Assembly: GCF_000150275.1 (NCBI RefSeq)
Contig: NW_002060944.1
Location: 6,671,102 to 6,735,101 of the forward strand
From: Trichoplax adhaerens
Lineage: Eukaryota; Animalia; Placozoa
Length of the DNA: 64,000 nt
Direction: 5' to 3'
The notes under the pieces are model-generated. The model had not been told where the DNA came from and did not search any database. It worked only from the letters and a program-made list of their open reading frames with translations. How positions within the stretch are numbered: the stretch's first letter is position 1; every line of letters begins with the position of its first letter. Positions 22,082 through 35,945 of the stretch are shown in pieces. A program made the translations under genes and the position numbers.

Positions 22082-25000
22082 ATGCCTTGTATTCATTACA
22101 AATTTCGTAATGCTAAAGAGTATGATACGATCACATTTGATACCTTACAAATCACATTAGCTGATTTAAAAAAGGCTATCATGAATCAAAAGAGAATGGG
22201 AAAATCGACGGAATCCACTTTAGTAGTGACTAACGCTCAAACTGAAGAAGGTAAGCTTGAACCGAATAAATAAATAATAAAAAAAAAAATTGCATGCTAA
22301 CACTTCTACCAATACTTTATTATTCTGCAATGAAATTTTTTTCACAGCAAGTCTATTATATGTTGACGACTTGAATGAAATGCACCTTACTGTAGTCGTC
22401 GTGTTGAAAGTATCTTTGCAAATTGGAGGGGAGAATACAGCATTTTGCTCGAGTGGACAGCCAAATGATTAGACGATACAGTACTGTACAGTACCGTACA
22501 ATTTTGCTTACATTGAGTTAGCAAAGTCAACAGCAGTACCATACTGACTCTACTCATACCAGGTTGTGTACCATGCATGTTTTGAAGCCAAAAAGCTCAT
22601 ACCCATCATGCCTAATGAGGATGAGGAACGCATTACACGATGGCACTGTTGACGATGGTTATTAATGAACGCCATCTTGACAAGGTATACAGTACAGTCC
22701 TGGCAGCAAAATCATGCACGCAGTCGACTGCAGTCTTCCACTTCAGTACAGTGCGGTAGTACTGACTAATTTTAGTAATCGACAGCGATAAAAGAAAATT
22801 CCCATCATCAACTTGTTCTTCCAAGTGGATGCAAAAAACTCTAGCATTGGTAAAACGTGCTTCAATTATATCGAATGCATTATAATTTGCGTACTTGACC
22901 TTGTGCAAACTCCTGAACACAATAATTATTATTATTTGAAACGAAGTACTGTACTGTTGTAGGTGAACACGATAGAACTGTAGCAGTATAGTTGCTCAGT
23001 AACTCCTATTACATGGTTAGTAGTAATACAGTAGTAGCTCAGTTATGGGTTGCATCTTTAATCAGGTTTACATCTTTGCATATTACAGCTGTCTGCTAAT
23101 GAATGCATTGAATGCTGTACGTCCTATCAAAATTTCAAGGGGATAAAGAGATATGTGTGCGTTATTGGTTTTAACGTGAAAAGTTATAAATTACCGTCTC
23201 ATTATTTTAAAATGCTGGCTTATTATGCCTGCGTTGCAATGATATGTTATCATATGGATAATGAATTATCTGTATAAATTCTCAATTTAATTCAATTCAA
23301 AAAATTCACAGTTTATGAATAAGGGTTGATCTGTTGAATTAAACTATTTCTCCAATATTTCTCTTTGATTAGAATATAAAGATGAGACAACCATGATACC
23401 TAAGAATACTTCCGTTGTGGTTAAAAGAGTACCGATGACTAATCCTAGAGCTGCATCGCGATCAGAAAAGAGCGGGTAAATTGAATGTTGAAATAGACAT
23501 AAATTTATCTTTATACAGTAATTCATCATTTCCAATAATGTTACGAAATGCAATACACTACTTGTAAACTGTAATTGTAAGATAGTATCAATTTAATTCA
23601 GATTCTCAATTGCTAACATACTGATATTTTTATTCTTATTTATTTTTATGTATGTGTTGCTTGCAGAGATGGAAGAGACAAGATCTCGATTGCTCTACCA
23701 GTACGTACTTTAGTATTGGAATGCAGTAGTAGGTTACATCTATTATTAAACCTTGTGAAATGAAGTAGCAATGCACCCAATGATATTGGTATTGTATTGT
23801 TTGATTGCATGATTTTCTTTCTTCAAAGTTATATTTATTAAAATGTATTGCAGACGTTGAAAACGATTGCTGCGATACTCTATGTCATTGTCTTCCCTCA
23901 TTCAGCATTCTCTCTTTTAAAATATATATTAAATTACTTTTTACCAGTATACCATTGCATATCTACTTTGATAATGCGTGATTCTTTTCTATCCATTTGC
24001 AACACCATTAAAAGAAGGGGATAAATAATATCAATTTATTAAAATTAGTTATACCTCTGCAATAACTTTACTTAGCATGCATTTATACGGTGTTAGATGC
24101 TGCTGCAACATATTTTTCTTACGATGGATATCGCCTTAATTTGCTATTGATTGATTAATTGATTACACGGTATAGAAAAAGTACAGATGGTTCCGCAATT
24201 AGTGTATATGTATTTAGCTCGAATTGCAACACTAATAGTTGGACGTTCTACCTTTTACTAAAAGCAGAAACACGCAACTAGATTGACGTACTGTTCAGTA
24301 GTATCGTAGAAAATGTACAGTGAGTAAAATACAAAATACCCTACGGTAATCATCGTGACATCTTTCTCATTAACTCATCTACTATATAGCTTACCTGGCG
24401 TAATAGATCATGTAGCAATAACTGTTTTCTCTCCTGTATTGGTACAACGTATGGTAGATAAAAATAACCAATTCTCAAATTGTCTAAAAAATTAATCCTC
24501 AGCAAGTTGCTTTACAACCCATTTATATTATTCATTATTACCAAAAAAGTCTCAAATTTTCGTCATGCCGTACGAAGTATAATCGTTATTGGACTCATGT
24601 ACCTAACAGTAAATTAACTTGTTCACTTTAGAGTGGCTCTTCTGACAAATATATGATTATCCATATATCCATATGCACTCATACTTAGTGATGCTTGCCT
24701 TAACTTGCTTAATTCAGTTAAATCTTGCAAGAATATGAGAAATTTTAAAAGTCCATCAATTGATATGAAATAATGCGCTCAAAGCTGATAAAATGAACAA
24801 TGAAAGTCTTAACTTGTTAATATTTTGTATCCTCTACTAAATCTCACTTTACGCCGAAAATATAAGTTTGATAGTAACTGTTTGGAACTTATATAACGAC
24901 TAAATTGATAATTGCTACTACTGTATGATAATAATTATCGCTAACATGCAGTACTGGATAGTAATATCAAATGTTTGAGAATCTCCGATGTATTTTTATC

Positions 25001-28000
25001 AGCTTTAATTGCGCGTGCAATAGCTTCTTTCCAGAGGGTTATTGTACTTTACTTTGTACGTCTAAATACTACTGTACGACTTTATAAAGTATTGGTGATG
25101 AACTGATGATACATGATAATCATTTATATTTACCGTAACAATATTTGTTTTATAAAACTTTGAAAACGCGCCTTGTTTTAGAAATTTGAGTACGTCAAAA
25201 TTTAAATTTTCTCTGTAATAAAGTTGGGATAGGCAATGGGTCCGTAATATTTTATTTCATCCATAAATAACTCTTTTTTTTCCTAGGAAAATTCGTCAGA
25301 TCGCAGTGCACCGAAAAAGGTACGCTTGTTGAAATGGCAGTTATTGTATGCATTGTCGCTTTGCTCATAGACTTTTTGACAGGAAACAATATGTCTACCT
25401 AATAGATATGCACAATTATAGAAAGAATCAAATAATATAGCTAAGAGTCATTAATTATAGATTGCAGATCCACTAAATTCACCTGATACAGAAATGGAGA
25501 AAATTAAGGACATGATGAAACAATCAAGTGAAGTATACAACGCTACTCAGTACGTAAAATCATTATTGTACGTACAGATTGTACAAATTATGGACAACAT
25601 TGTACGATGTAGTTCGCATTGTAGCGTCAGGCCGGGTTTGATTTGGTCTGAAATGTACTGTTATGAGTAGTGTTATTGGTAACAATTTGTCAGCTATTTA
25701 TTAAGCATAATGAATATGCTTTTCTATTTTCTTAAATTCTAAATACAATGATTAGACATTCACAACGGAGTACCATGCGCAGTAATCGTGATTTACCGCC
25801 GAATTACTTATGTTATCGATGTGGTCAACCGGGCCATCATATTTCAAAGTGTCCAACTAATGGGGTAACTAGCACTTAAAACGTGATATCATGGATTAAT
25901 CTAATATATCAATTGGTACGAAATACTGATTTAAAATGGTACAATAGGACTCTCGATACGACGTGAACAGATTGAAAAGACCCACTGGAATCCCCAAAAG
26001 TTTCTTACAAGTTGTAGACAAATCTGACGGAGTTACAGTTATGACATCTGCTGGACAATTTGCCATTTCTTCATCATCAGAGTAATTTATGTTACAACAG
26101 TAGTTGAGCTAATAATAGAGGCCATTAGTTGCAAAATATTTAGAAGCGATTGATTATTTTTCAGGAAAGTTGCATCTAAAAACGAGTGGGATGGCAAACC
26201 TGTCGTACAGGTTAGGCGTGAGGTTAATAAGAAAGAAGTCCCTCCAGAATTGTTATGTGGTATATGTAATAGACTCTGTGTCGATGCTGTGGTTATCCCC
26301 TGTTGCGGGGCAAGCTTTTGTGACGACTGTAAGCTTAAATTTTATTTGAGGAAGAATTTTATTGAAAAATATTTTATCGGAATTTTGAAATATTAACATT
26401 TTCCTTCGCAAGGTATTCGAAATCATTTATTAGAAAATGATGATCACTCCTGTCCGATATGTAAATCGCAAAATATATCACCTGATACACTTGTAATAAA
26501 TCAATCAGTCAGAAAGGTATCTATTCAATTTATTTCCTCTTCTACAAATCGTTATCTCTTAATTAAATGTTATCTTACTTCAATAATCATCTAGAGTATA
26601 GCCAAATTTGTCGCCGATAAGTATTCAAATGCTGTTATTGAGCAGAGGCAAGTGATGCTAGAGTGATAGAATTGATTGTTAAAAAACGTAAGGAGATTGA
26701 CTATCGCTACCTTAACTTGCTATTTTATTATAGCCAAGAAATAGATAATTCTAAATTAGAAACAATAAAAACCGAGAAGAGCGTGCAACCTCCTGGTAAT
26801 ACATAATTTATACATGGAACAAATCGCTTGGGCTTAGATCTTTAATTCAATTTTTAACCTTTTAATACCAGCTTCCGATATCCTAAGTGTATTCGTTTAT
26901 TGTTCGTTGATTAATAACAAACATGACCAATTAATTATTTCTACCAGATTCGAAGCCACTATCGAATAGTAAGCAACAGTCCGAGACAGCACATAGAAAT
27001 GATACAGTGGCTTCTGGTGATCGTATAAAGTCGTTTGGGAAACCGATTTCAACTAAAGTTAAAGGACGTACGAATGCGGTCGCCGATGTAGCCGGTAATT
27101 TTTATTATTACCTTGTAATATACAAGTATTATGCAGATAAGACATTGATCTCCTTTTGATAGTAAACAATGAAAATTTCTGATACACCTAATATTTTACT
27201 GAAATAGCTAAGAGCGAGAAAGTAAAACGTCAACAAGAGCCTTGTCGCACATTCCTTCAAACTGAGCCTCGAAGGTCTACTCCGATACCAGATCCTCCTC
27301 AAAATCCACCTATTATGACGATAATAAGTTAGTTTTAATTAATTTTGGTAATGACCCAGTATAACATTCTTTACGCTTATGTCTGATTTTTGTCCCTGTA
27401 GACGATCCAACATTCGAACGAATTCCCAATATGGGGTCACACTTGCGGTTTCCGAGACCTCCGCCAGTTAGGTAATGATAATACTTGAGACATACAACTA
27501 TCTCTAAATTCGTAATTGCCATACTTTAACTATAGTAACTGTAATACTATCTATATCTATGAACTTACATTATCTATGCATGTAATGTCATAGTGCACCG
27601 AATGTATATGGGGGAATTCAACATACATTTAATGTAGCACCTCAGGAAATTTTCCCATCGAACGCCCCGCAATCTTATGTTCCACGTCCTCCCATTCAAT
27701 TAGTACGTCAGAATATTCTGCAGCCCATGGAATTTAATCATCCGACACCACCGCCGCCATTCTTAAATAAACTTCCTATGATTACTCCCGAAGCTACGAT
27801 GATGAACATGCAAGTACCTCCTCCTATCTTCAACCCTTCACCGATGCCGAACGTTCCTATGTCTCAACCTAATATATCAACTGGCTTTGAACAGTTCACA
27901 CCTATGATAAATGAGAATACTATTTCTCATGATGATTATTCTAGGTATGTTGCTAATTTTTCTTCCGAAATTAATCTAGTATAACATCAGTAACTCTACC

Positions 28001-29043
28001 TCGATGTATTATTAAGGGCTGCACTCACTACGTCTTATAACTAAAATCTATTAATTTTATCTAGAAAAAATTTTCGTGATGCAGAAGGTTCACGAAAATA
28101 TTCGAGAAAGAGAGAACGAAAGAATAGATCTTTCAGTAGATCAATTTCTCGGTCACCTAGTGCTCAAAAGCGCCGAAAGCGTGATTCTAGTAGAGATTCT
28201 TACAGTTCTAGTAGATCTTCTGAATCTCATCGAAGGCGCCGTAGATCAAGATCTAACTCTAGGTCTCGTCAACGTTTTAAAAATCGGTTGTCACCTCGTC
28301 GTGGAAAACGTACTTCGAATAAGAGTTCCCGCGAAACGCATAGTCCTCGTCGTGTAATTAGAAAGAGTCATTCATCGGGGTCCAATTTAAAGTCTAGACA
28401 TGAAAGCAGGACGAGAAAACCAGATTCCGATCGACACAAACGGCTTCGTAGTCCTATCCCAATAAGGAATCGCAGCGAAGATCTACGTTCTCGTATTGAG
28501 AAAAAATCTCTTAAATCTAGTTCTCAATCAAAGAAGGGAGAAAAAATAGTCAATAAAAAGGATTCCAAAGAAAAGAAAAAAACGAAATCTAGGTCTAAGG
28601 TAGAAAAACCAAATCGAAAAAGTTCTAATAAAGTTCATAAGAAAAAGAAAAGGAAGCATAAACATAGAAAAGAATCAAGTATGTCTCCAGTCATTGCCCC
28701 TGATTCGACAGCTGCATTATCAGGTGATGAACAGTCTGAAGGTTCTATGAACTCGGCCAAAGTTAGTAATACATCACCAACAGTTGGTCTAGAATCGGTC
28801 CATGAGACGGAAAGTGATTCGACCATCAAACCACCTAAGATTGAACTTATAACTTTCGATGAGAATGTAGTCATTGATTCTCATAAATTGAATGAGACAA
28901 CTACTGTCCCGGATTTGACCGATAAAAGTAAATGTCAAGTAGAAGAGAAACAGTCTTCAACCTCCATCATTAAAACTGAAAACTCAATACCCACAATAAC
29001 AACAAAACGACCCCGGCTTATCAGGAGAAAAGATTTCAGGTGA
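22082..29043 (+). CDS. RBBP6: RBBP6 (Mpe1/PACT) E3 ligase and cleavage/polyadenylation factor
   Basis: DWNN domain (MPCIHYKFRNAKEYDTITFD...NAQTEEE|YKDETTMIPKNTSVVVKRVP; 22082-22250, 23372-23475), CCHC knuckle CYRCGQPGHHISKCPTNG (25756-25864), KRPTGIPKSFL, RING PELLCGICNRLCVDAVVIPCCGASFCDDC|IRNHLLENDDHSCPIC (26165-26516), then Pro-rich, SR-rich and Lys-rich regions ending at TGA 29043. Confidence 0.95.
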
Positions 29044-30856
29044 CATCCCAGCACATGCTACATTTTCATAAATAGATATTTATGTATATTCAATAACCAG
29101 GATAGGAATATATCTTGCATCTGTAAATTGCAAATCCTTTATTCTCTGTTCTAATGAGATAATTTGTATCATTGTACAATGGACCCGTTTGTTAGCAAAT
29201 TCTTGAAATAAAATATTTTTTGTGCAGCTTAGCTTCTTCAGTTTTGCTAATGTTTGTGTTATGTAGGATTAGGCATATGAAAGCTTTCCTGAAATTGAAT
29301 TTGCGATTATATATTTTGACACTAAATCTTATTAAAAATAATTTGAGAACGTCACTACATTCGGATGAATGTAGCTTGATAATTCATAGCAAAAGAAATG
29401 GAAAATTCTTAGTATATTTTATGCCAAAATGAAGAATTTTTTAATAATTGGATATTGCCACTGCTACAATAAATCCTAACCTGTATCGCAATACAGTACT
29501 ATCTACTGTAGTACGCGTATAATTAAGAGCAGAATTCGTACTTGCATTGCTTCCCAAGTTTCGTTATCGTAGTGTACTGTACACAAGTGTAGTGGTGTCT
29601 ATATTTAGTTTTACTGTATGCAGTAGTCCTGATCAATAATATAAGCAGCTAAGCTATCGTAGATTACATTTTAATATACGCTTAACGCATACTATCACAA
29701 TGACAGTGCCGGGTCTATTAGAATTATGTTGTGGATTTACATTTTGCAATTGATATTTACAGTAAAATGCAGGATTGCGACGAAAATTGCCATGAAGTGG
29801 TTGAACTTAAAGTTTAATATGGCTAACTGTTTAAATAAAGATAGTTGATTATTATTATATATAATAGATATAATTTGGCAGTTTTCTCATTGTTAGTTAA
29901 CTAGTCTTTTAATCTGAGTAGCTGTGAAATAGTTACTAATATTTTCTTGCTAAATATTGCTCTCATAACCTATAGCTGATATTCTCGTGTCTGTATAGCT
30001 TCATAAATAAAAAAAAATCGAAAAATCTGGACAATAAAAGTATTACAACCTATATGAAGTAGCTTTAGCTTTGCTTTAGTTATGTAATATTTAATGCATG
30101 AGGTGTATGCAGTTATTATCGTTAGCAAATTTAGTTATAATTAATAAGAATGATTTGATCATCAGCTGCTACTTTACATTCAAGAGAGTATCAGCCTGAT
30201 CATGCCATTTTTATTATACTGTACTTTACACGGTGGAAACAATATATGAAATCAGTTAGGATAAAGTAGTACTTATTTAATTTTACAGTACATGAAACTT
30301 GAGCTGACTGATCTGTTGTGGTCGAAAATACCTGGAATACTCGAAAAAGAGAGTAATCCCTGAAAATAGGATACTCCGTAATATATTTTATTTATTTAGT
30401 ACTTCGTATATTGTGTACAGTACACTACACCACGCTCCTCTTCAATGGAAAGAAATCTTAAAGTAACTAATTAAAACACAAGTCTGCCTTATTTCATCAA
30501 TACAAATACATCTGTTCTCGATGAACGTCCACTGTACAGTGTATGATACCATAGTCTAGTACCTATAATAACGCACCACGAATCCGCAACACGACCCGAT
30601 AATAAGGCGTATTGTAAAACTATATAATCTACTATAGAGGCTATGATAGAGCTAACTTACTAGATACAGTATATAGTAGTACAGTACATACATTAGATAC
30701 AGAACGTACAGTATGCAATATTCATATATATATATATTATATGTATAGGTATACATATATATATATAACACTGTACGTTGACAAAGGCGGAATCTTCGCA
30801 GAAACTGGCTTGTCTCCTTCACGGTATCTGAGGTGGAGCCGATCGAAATCTAAAAC

Positions 30857-33639
30857 ATGGCTTCTGCAGCTTATGGAGGAGCACCTCCAGTTGCAGACAG
30901 TAGAACACGTTCTGCGGCGATGAAAATGTTAAAGAAAGCCGAAATGAAATATAATGAAGGAGATTTCTATGAAGCTCATCAAATATATCGCATTGCATAT
31001 GCAAGGTACCGTACACACAATTTCTGATATTGAATGTACATTCACAAGTATCCACAACTGCATTTTCGAATACGTGTAATGCTTTAATAGGTTTTGATTG
31101 GCAATTAAAAACAGTCTCTCTCAATTTTACATCAACTTACAGCATTAGTACAGTAACTACCGGGTAAACTAGGTATTTAATAATTAGTTCGCCAGTACAA
31201 TCAGTAGACCAAATCGATATGAAAGAGTTTATGCTACACGGTATAACGACTACACCTAACCAAACCATCGAGGAGAAGGGGAGATAAAGCTATTACTGCA
31301 ATGTTCATAGTACTAGTTAAGTTTCTTTGATGCTTGGTTTTAGGAAGTGTTGACGTAAGTCAACTCTTAGAGCGTTCAGAGTGATAGCAATGGAGATTGA
31401 GTTTAATGTATTACAATAGTACAACATTCTTGTTCTCTAATCGTGCAAATTTATTTCATCTATCATACATTAATTATAGAATAGATGAATGGACAATTTT
31501 GAATGTTTTTAACACTATGTCTTTTATTACTATATATTCGTTGATGTATGAAGATTTCGGGCTAAAGAATTATATAACGATGCAATGGAAGCTATTCGTC
31601 CTGCAATATTACTATTTACACGATGTAAATGCGTAAGTAGAACTTCAAACTAGATTAATATAAAGAGGAGTTTCCAAATTAATACCCTTAACTTATTACT
31701 AAGATATTATCTAGGACTACAGTACAACTTGACAGTTAATACCTTTGTGATACCATTGATAAAAACTAATCCCTTTCCATGTTTATGCTTACAATATTTC
31801 ACACATTATATTTCTAGCTGTTTAAACTTCAAAGTATGTATACTGCATTTCAGTTATTTTGTTAATACCTTATGCGATTAGATGAGTAGCTATCTCGCTA
31901 CTTTAAATTAGAAGATTGCATACAATAAAGGCATTTTATGATTGGTTTTACTAACTGTAAAATGTGCACATTAATAGATTGATCTAGCGAAGGACCTGGC
32001 TTTGCTGATTATCGAAACTTTAACGGATAGAAGGATTCCAGTGACCACGGCTATTCTAGGTTACATGCATGTTTTGATAGTATCACAAAGATGAAGTGTA
32101 AAACTGCCCCATTGTGACTTAAAACTTTTAAATATTATGCCATGAGTTATTTTGATAGATTCAGTAAAGTAGTTTTTAAAATTATATTCTGTCAATAATT
32201 TATAATCTAATACGGCGATTTATATATATATACTCGTATTACAGAAAATTTATCTTCAATCTGTGGCATGTTCGATTCAGATAGTGACGCTAGGGTTACT
32301 ATCATTGAAAAAGCAATTTTGTGAGTTTGTTATTAATATATGTAGATGACATCGAGTCATGGCATAGCAGACTCGAAATTTTTTTGCTTTTAGCTGATTT
32401 TAATAGTATTATGTTTCATACATTGAAGGTATACAAAAGCGGTTGGGAACCCGGAACATGGCGACAATCGACTATATAAACTTCTAGCAGAAATGTATTG
32501 GAAAGGTTGACCTATAATGCAACAGTACTATATTATTAAATTTCTTGTCGACAAAAAATTATTTAATTTGATGTAATATCAATTGCCAGGTTCTTTATAA
32601 TATCGAAAATTTTAGTTACAAATTCTGATTTAAATTAACCATTACGATTTACTTGAATCAATTTACATTAGAGAAAAATTTTGGCATGGCTATCAAATGT
32701 TTAATGTATGGAAATGCTGAAACGCTTGCAGGAGCCTTAGTTGATTTATCTATAACGTTTGGGTACAACGATGAAGCAGATTTAATAATAACAAATTGCA
32801 TTTTGCAGTAAGTTCTAGAAATTTTTCAATTTGGCTATATGTATTCTAAAAGCTAGTTGATTGTAGTTGTTTTTTAAACATTATGACCATATCTTATTCG
32901 TTATCTGTATGTTGGCAAAACTAGACTGCTTTGTAGTAACAGAAAAAACATTGCCGCTGCAACTTTGCAACACTATGTTAAAACACATCCTCAATTATCT
33001 GGTTCTCGAGCCCCTTTACCTCTTATCAATTTCTTAAATTATGTAATTAGAGCAGTTGAAACGTATGTAAGGCTACTATTTTGTCGATTTAATCGGCGAG
33101 AGTACCTGTCAAATTATTTGCTCTTCTGGAAATCTGAGTTGACCGTATTCTATGTCTTTTATCTGCTTTAGTGGCGACACAGCTTTCTACGAAACAGTCA
33201 TTTCACTTTACAGTTTATCTTTGTCTAGAGACGTAACTTTTTTTCAGGTACTATAATTTATAGTGATGGATAATTTTCATCAAAACTATAAGAATTTGCG
33301 GTCACATAATTTAGTATGGTGAACGCTTTATCTAAGGTCTAAATTTCGTTTCTCTTGGTACAGTACCTCACGCAAATTGGAAAAGTATATTTTAAGAAGA
33401 CTATGTCTTTTAACACATTCATTGAGGACACGGATAAATCCTATATCGGTAAGATCCTTAAGTGAAATAGAGTTGGCGTATAGTTATTTTGATCGAGTTA
33501 AGATAACTGTTCTTGTCATTTATCTCCTGTGCATACAGTTGAATCTTTGACAAGGTATTTAATGGAAAGAAAACAAGACAGTTCAAATAGCGATGATGTC
33601 GTAGAAGATGCCCGAAGCGTAAACGACTTGATGAATTGA
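30857..33639 (+). CDS. GET4: Golgi-to-ER traffic protein 4 homologue (GET4/TRC35), about 10 exons
   Basis: Spliced translation includes GDFYEAHQIYRIAYAR, DLALLIIETL, HGDNRLYKLLAEMYWKEKNF, GYNDEADLIITNCILQLLC, HYVKTHP, PLPLINFLNYVIRAVE and YSLSLSRD..FFQYLTQIGKVYF, colinear with the conserved GET4 blocks. Confidence 0.9.
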
Positions 33640-34653
33640 TCTTACAAAAAAATAGGGAAACGGTCTATAATATTCATTAAATGACGTCTGATTTTGATTC
33701 CGTGGCTACATTCAGGTCATAATCTTCTTATTGAATATACGGTAATAACAGTTACGAAATAATGGCTACTACTATCACTGATTGGTAATGTATCCATCAT
33801 AAATATCTAGCTGTTTGATTAGATAAAGATTGCCTTTTACGATTGATTGGCCTGACACATACAATTAACTTCCAATTTAGCTTATAAGCTGAATATGAAA
33901 CGCAATGATATATTATGAATTTAATTTGAATCAGTAGTAGCATAAAATGATACCTAATCCATGTTAGTTTTGGAAGTGCATAATTTATCAAGATACAGTA
34001 TATATAGAATGCCCGAGCCCTTACTTGGACCGTGACATATATGCCATATATATACTTTCGACAGTCTCCTGATGTATTATATCGACACTATATTGATGGT
34101 GATACGTAGATCTTGTTTATTGCTAATTTTGTGAAATTATTTTGAATGTTGACTATCACCAATAAAGTTCGTCTATTGCATCTGTGCGTAGATTACGACT
34201 ATGCTATAATTATTCTGTGCAAATTTGATTCTATGATCGCGTCCTATTTACTGTTAGTCAATGCTGTCTCGAATAGTATTAACTTTCTACGCAAGAGACA
34301 TAGGCCAAGAGTTTATATTGAAAATCGATTTTGATCCAAAGAATCATGTGATGATCACGATAGAATCGATCATAGTGTGCTCTTCGATACAGAGTACAGT
34401 TTCAGTCCCTTTACCTTTGTTCCACTTTATATGACGGGAAAGCGGTAGGTCATATGACTGCCACTGCCAGTACAGTACTGTACGTACAGCGGGATTAACT
34501 TCGGTGGCACTAAGGAAAATAAACTGTGTAGGCTAAATCAAGCCCAAAGTAGATAAAATCTTATATATAGACGTAGCCCAATAACTCATGCTCCTGCCTG
34601 TACTGATAGATCTTGAACAAGAGTGTTAACAAATTGCAACTTTCAATTTTCGA

Positions 34654-35025
34654 CGCCATCTTGCCATCGAAGTTAATCGCGCGTTACTGCACAGTGTACA
34701 GTGTACAGTACACTAAGGTTATTACTGTACTAAAAAAGAATGACGTCATAATCCAAGGCTTGTTGTGTGTCAGTAACATTTATAAATTGAAAGTGAGCCG
34801 TGGCAAAGTCATTCGTTACTGTGATCGTACAGTGTACAGGTGACGTGCGTAAGGCGTTTGTAACAACGGTAGCTTCAGTCGAGCAGCTCGATTGCAACAC
34901 CTTAGCTGCTACTCGTAGTAGAACGATAGCATCGAGCTCATTTACTGCCAATCCATTAGCAGTCCATTGCTGTGGACAACTTGCCAGTATCAGCTAGGCA
35001 TCCTCTTTTGCCTCTAGACGTAAGT
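34654..35025 (+). promoter_or_regulatory. Probable promoter and non-coding first exon of the ABCA gene
   Basis: Locally CpG-rich. YY1-like CGCCATCTT at 34654-34662, CRE palindrome TGACGTCA at 34741-34748, strong donor C|GTAAGT at 35020, possible acceptor at 35765 before the ATG at 35946. Motif matches only. Confidence 0.4.
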
Positions 35026-35945
35026 AATCTATTCACATCAGACGATAGATCGTAGAAACTTGAAGGATCGTGCCATGATTAGCGCAAGGTTCGATCCTCG
35101 ATGAGGAATAGTAGCTGATCGGTTGCAAAACCTGGTTCTATGGAGGATATCATGCATGTAGATAAGAGTAAATAACGATCGTAATGTCTTGGTTAAAGTG
35201 GATAATGTTCGTGTCTTTCAATTTCCAACTAGGGCTTGTAGACGATTAACACTTCATTAAAGGGCGACTTTGTAAATAAAGAACAAGGTCTGTTGTCGTA
35301 ACTGGACTACAATTAAACAATCTCCTTGTTGTTGCAGGTAAGCACCGCTTTGCAATATTGTCTAATAACGATTATACCAGCTCAGTTGCATCATCGACAA
35401 GTAAAAGTATTACAAGCAGGTAAATGTTTCATCAAGTAAAGATGAGGTCTAGAAGATAACCTGGTTTTATCAATCACTTTGTTAACTTTTCCATGACAGT
35501 TACTGTAGTCATGCCAAAATGAATCCAAACTGTCCTATATAAACAAGTTTGAGTAAGATAGGAGATAATAGAATAATGATAAAAGATCTGCTAACTTTTA
35601 TTATCTACTTATGTATATTATCTATATATATGTCAATGAATGTGTACAGTACAGCATACTAAAATCTTGAACAGTTGCAATAATAAATGAAATAAAGGTG
35701 TTAGTATGACAGTATCGATGTTTACTAACACATGCAAATTTTGCTACTGGTCTCCATTCGGATAGGATTCTAGTTTGGACTCTTTCTTCTCCACTTCACA
35801 CAGTCACAGACATAGTAATTGGACGTTTGCAGCAAGTCAAATCATCTTGTAAACGGACCTATAGAAGAAGACACAATTTACTAAGTTTGTCAAGTTCATG
35901 AACCTTATACAGTAGATAGAGTAAATTAAAAATACCGAAATTGCA

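Noticed and set aside
22633-22920. 95-aa antisense ORF in RBBP6 intron 1
   Set aside because: Non-ATG start and no recognisable domain or exon chain.
26517-26733. U12-type introns (GTATCT donor; CCTTAAC near 26710)
   Set aside because: No donor matches RTATCCTT, and the two signals are in different introns.
28635-28874. Antisense ORFs over RBBP6, ABCA (40588-40917, 42732-42992) and the GPCR (60805-61131)
   Set aside because: Shadow frames of real exons.
35083-35100. tRNA B-box-like GGTTCGATCC
   Set aside because: No T-stem or cloverleaf can be built.
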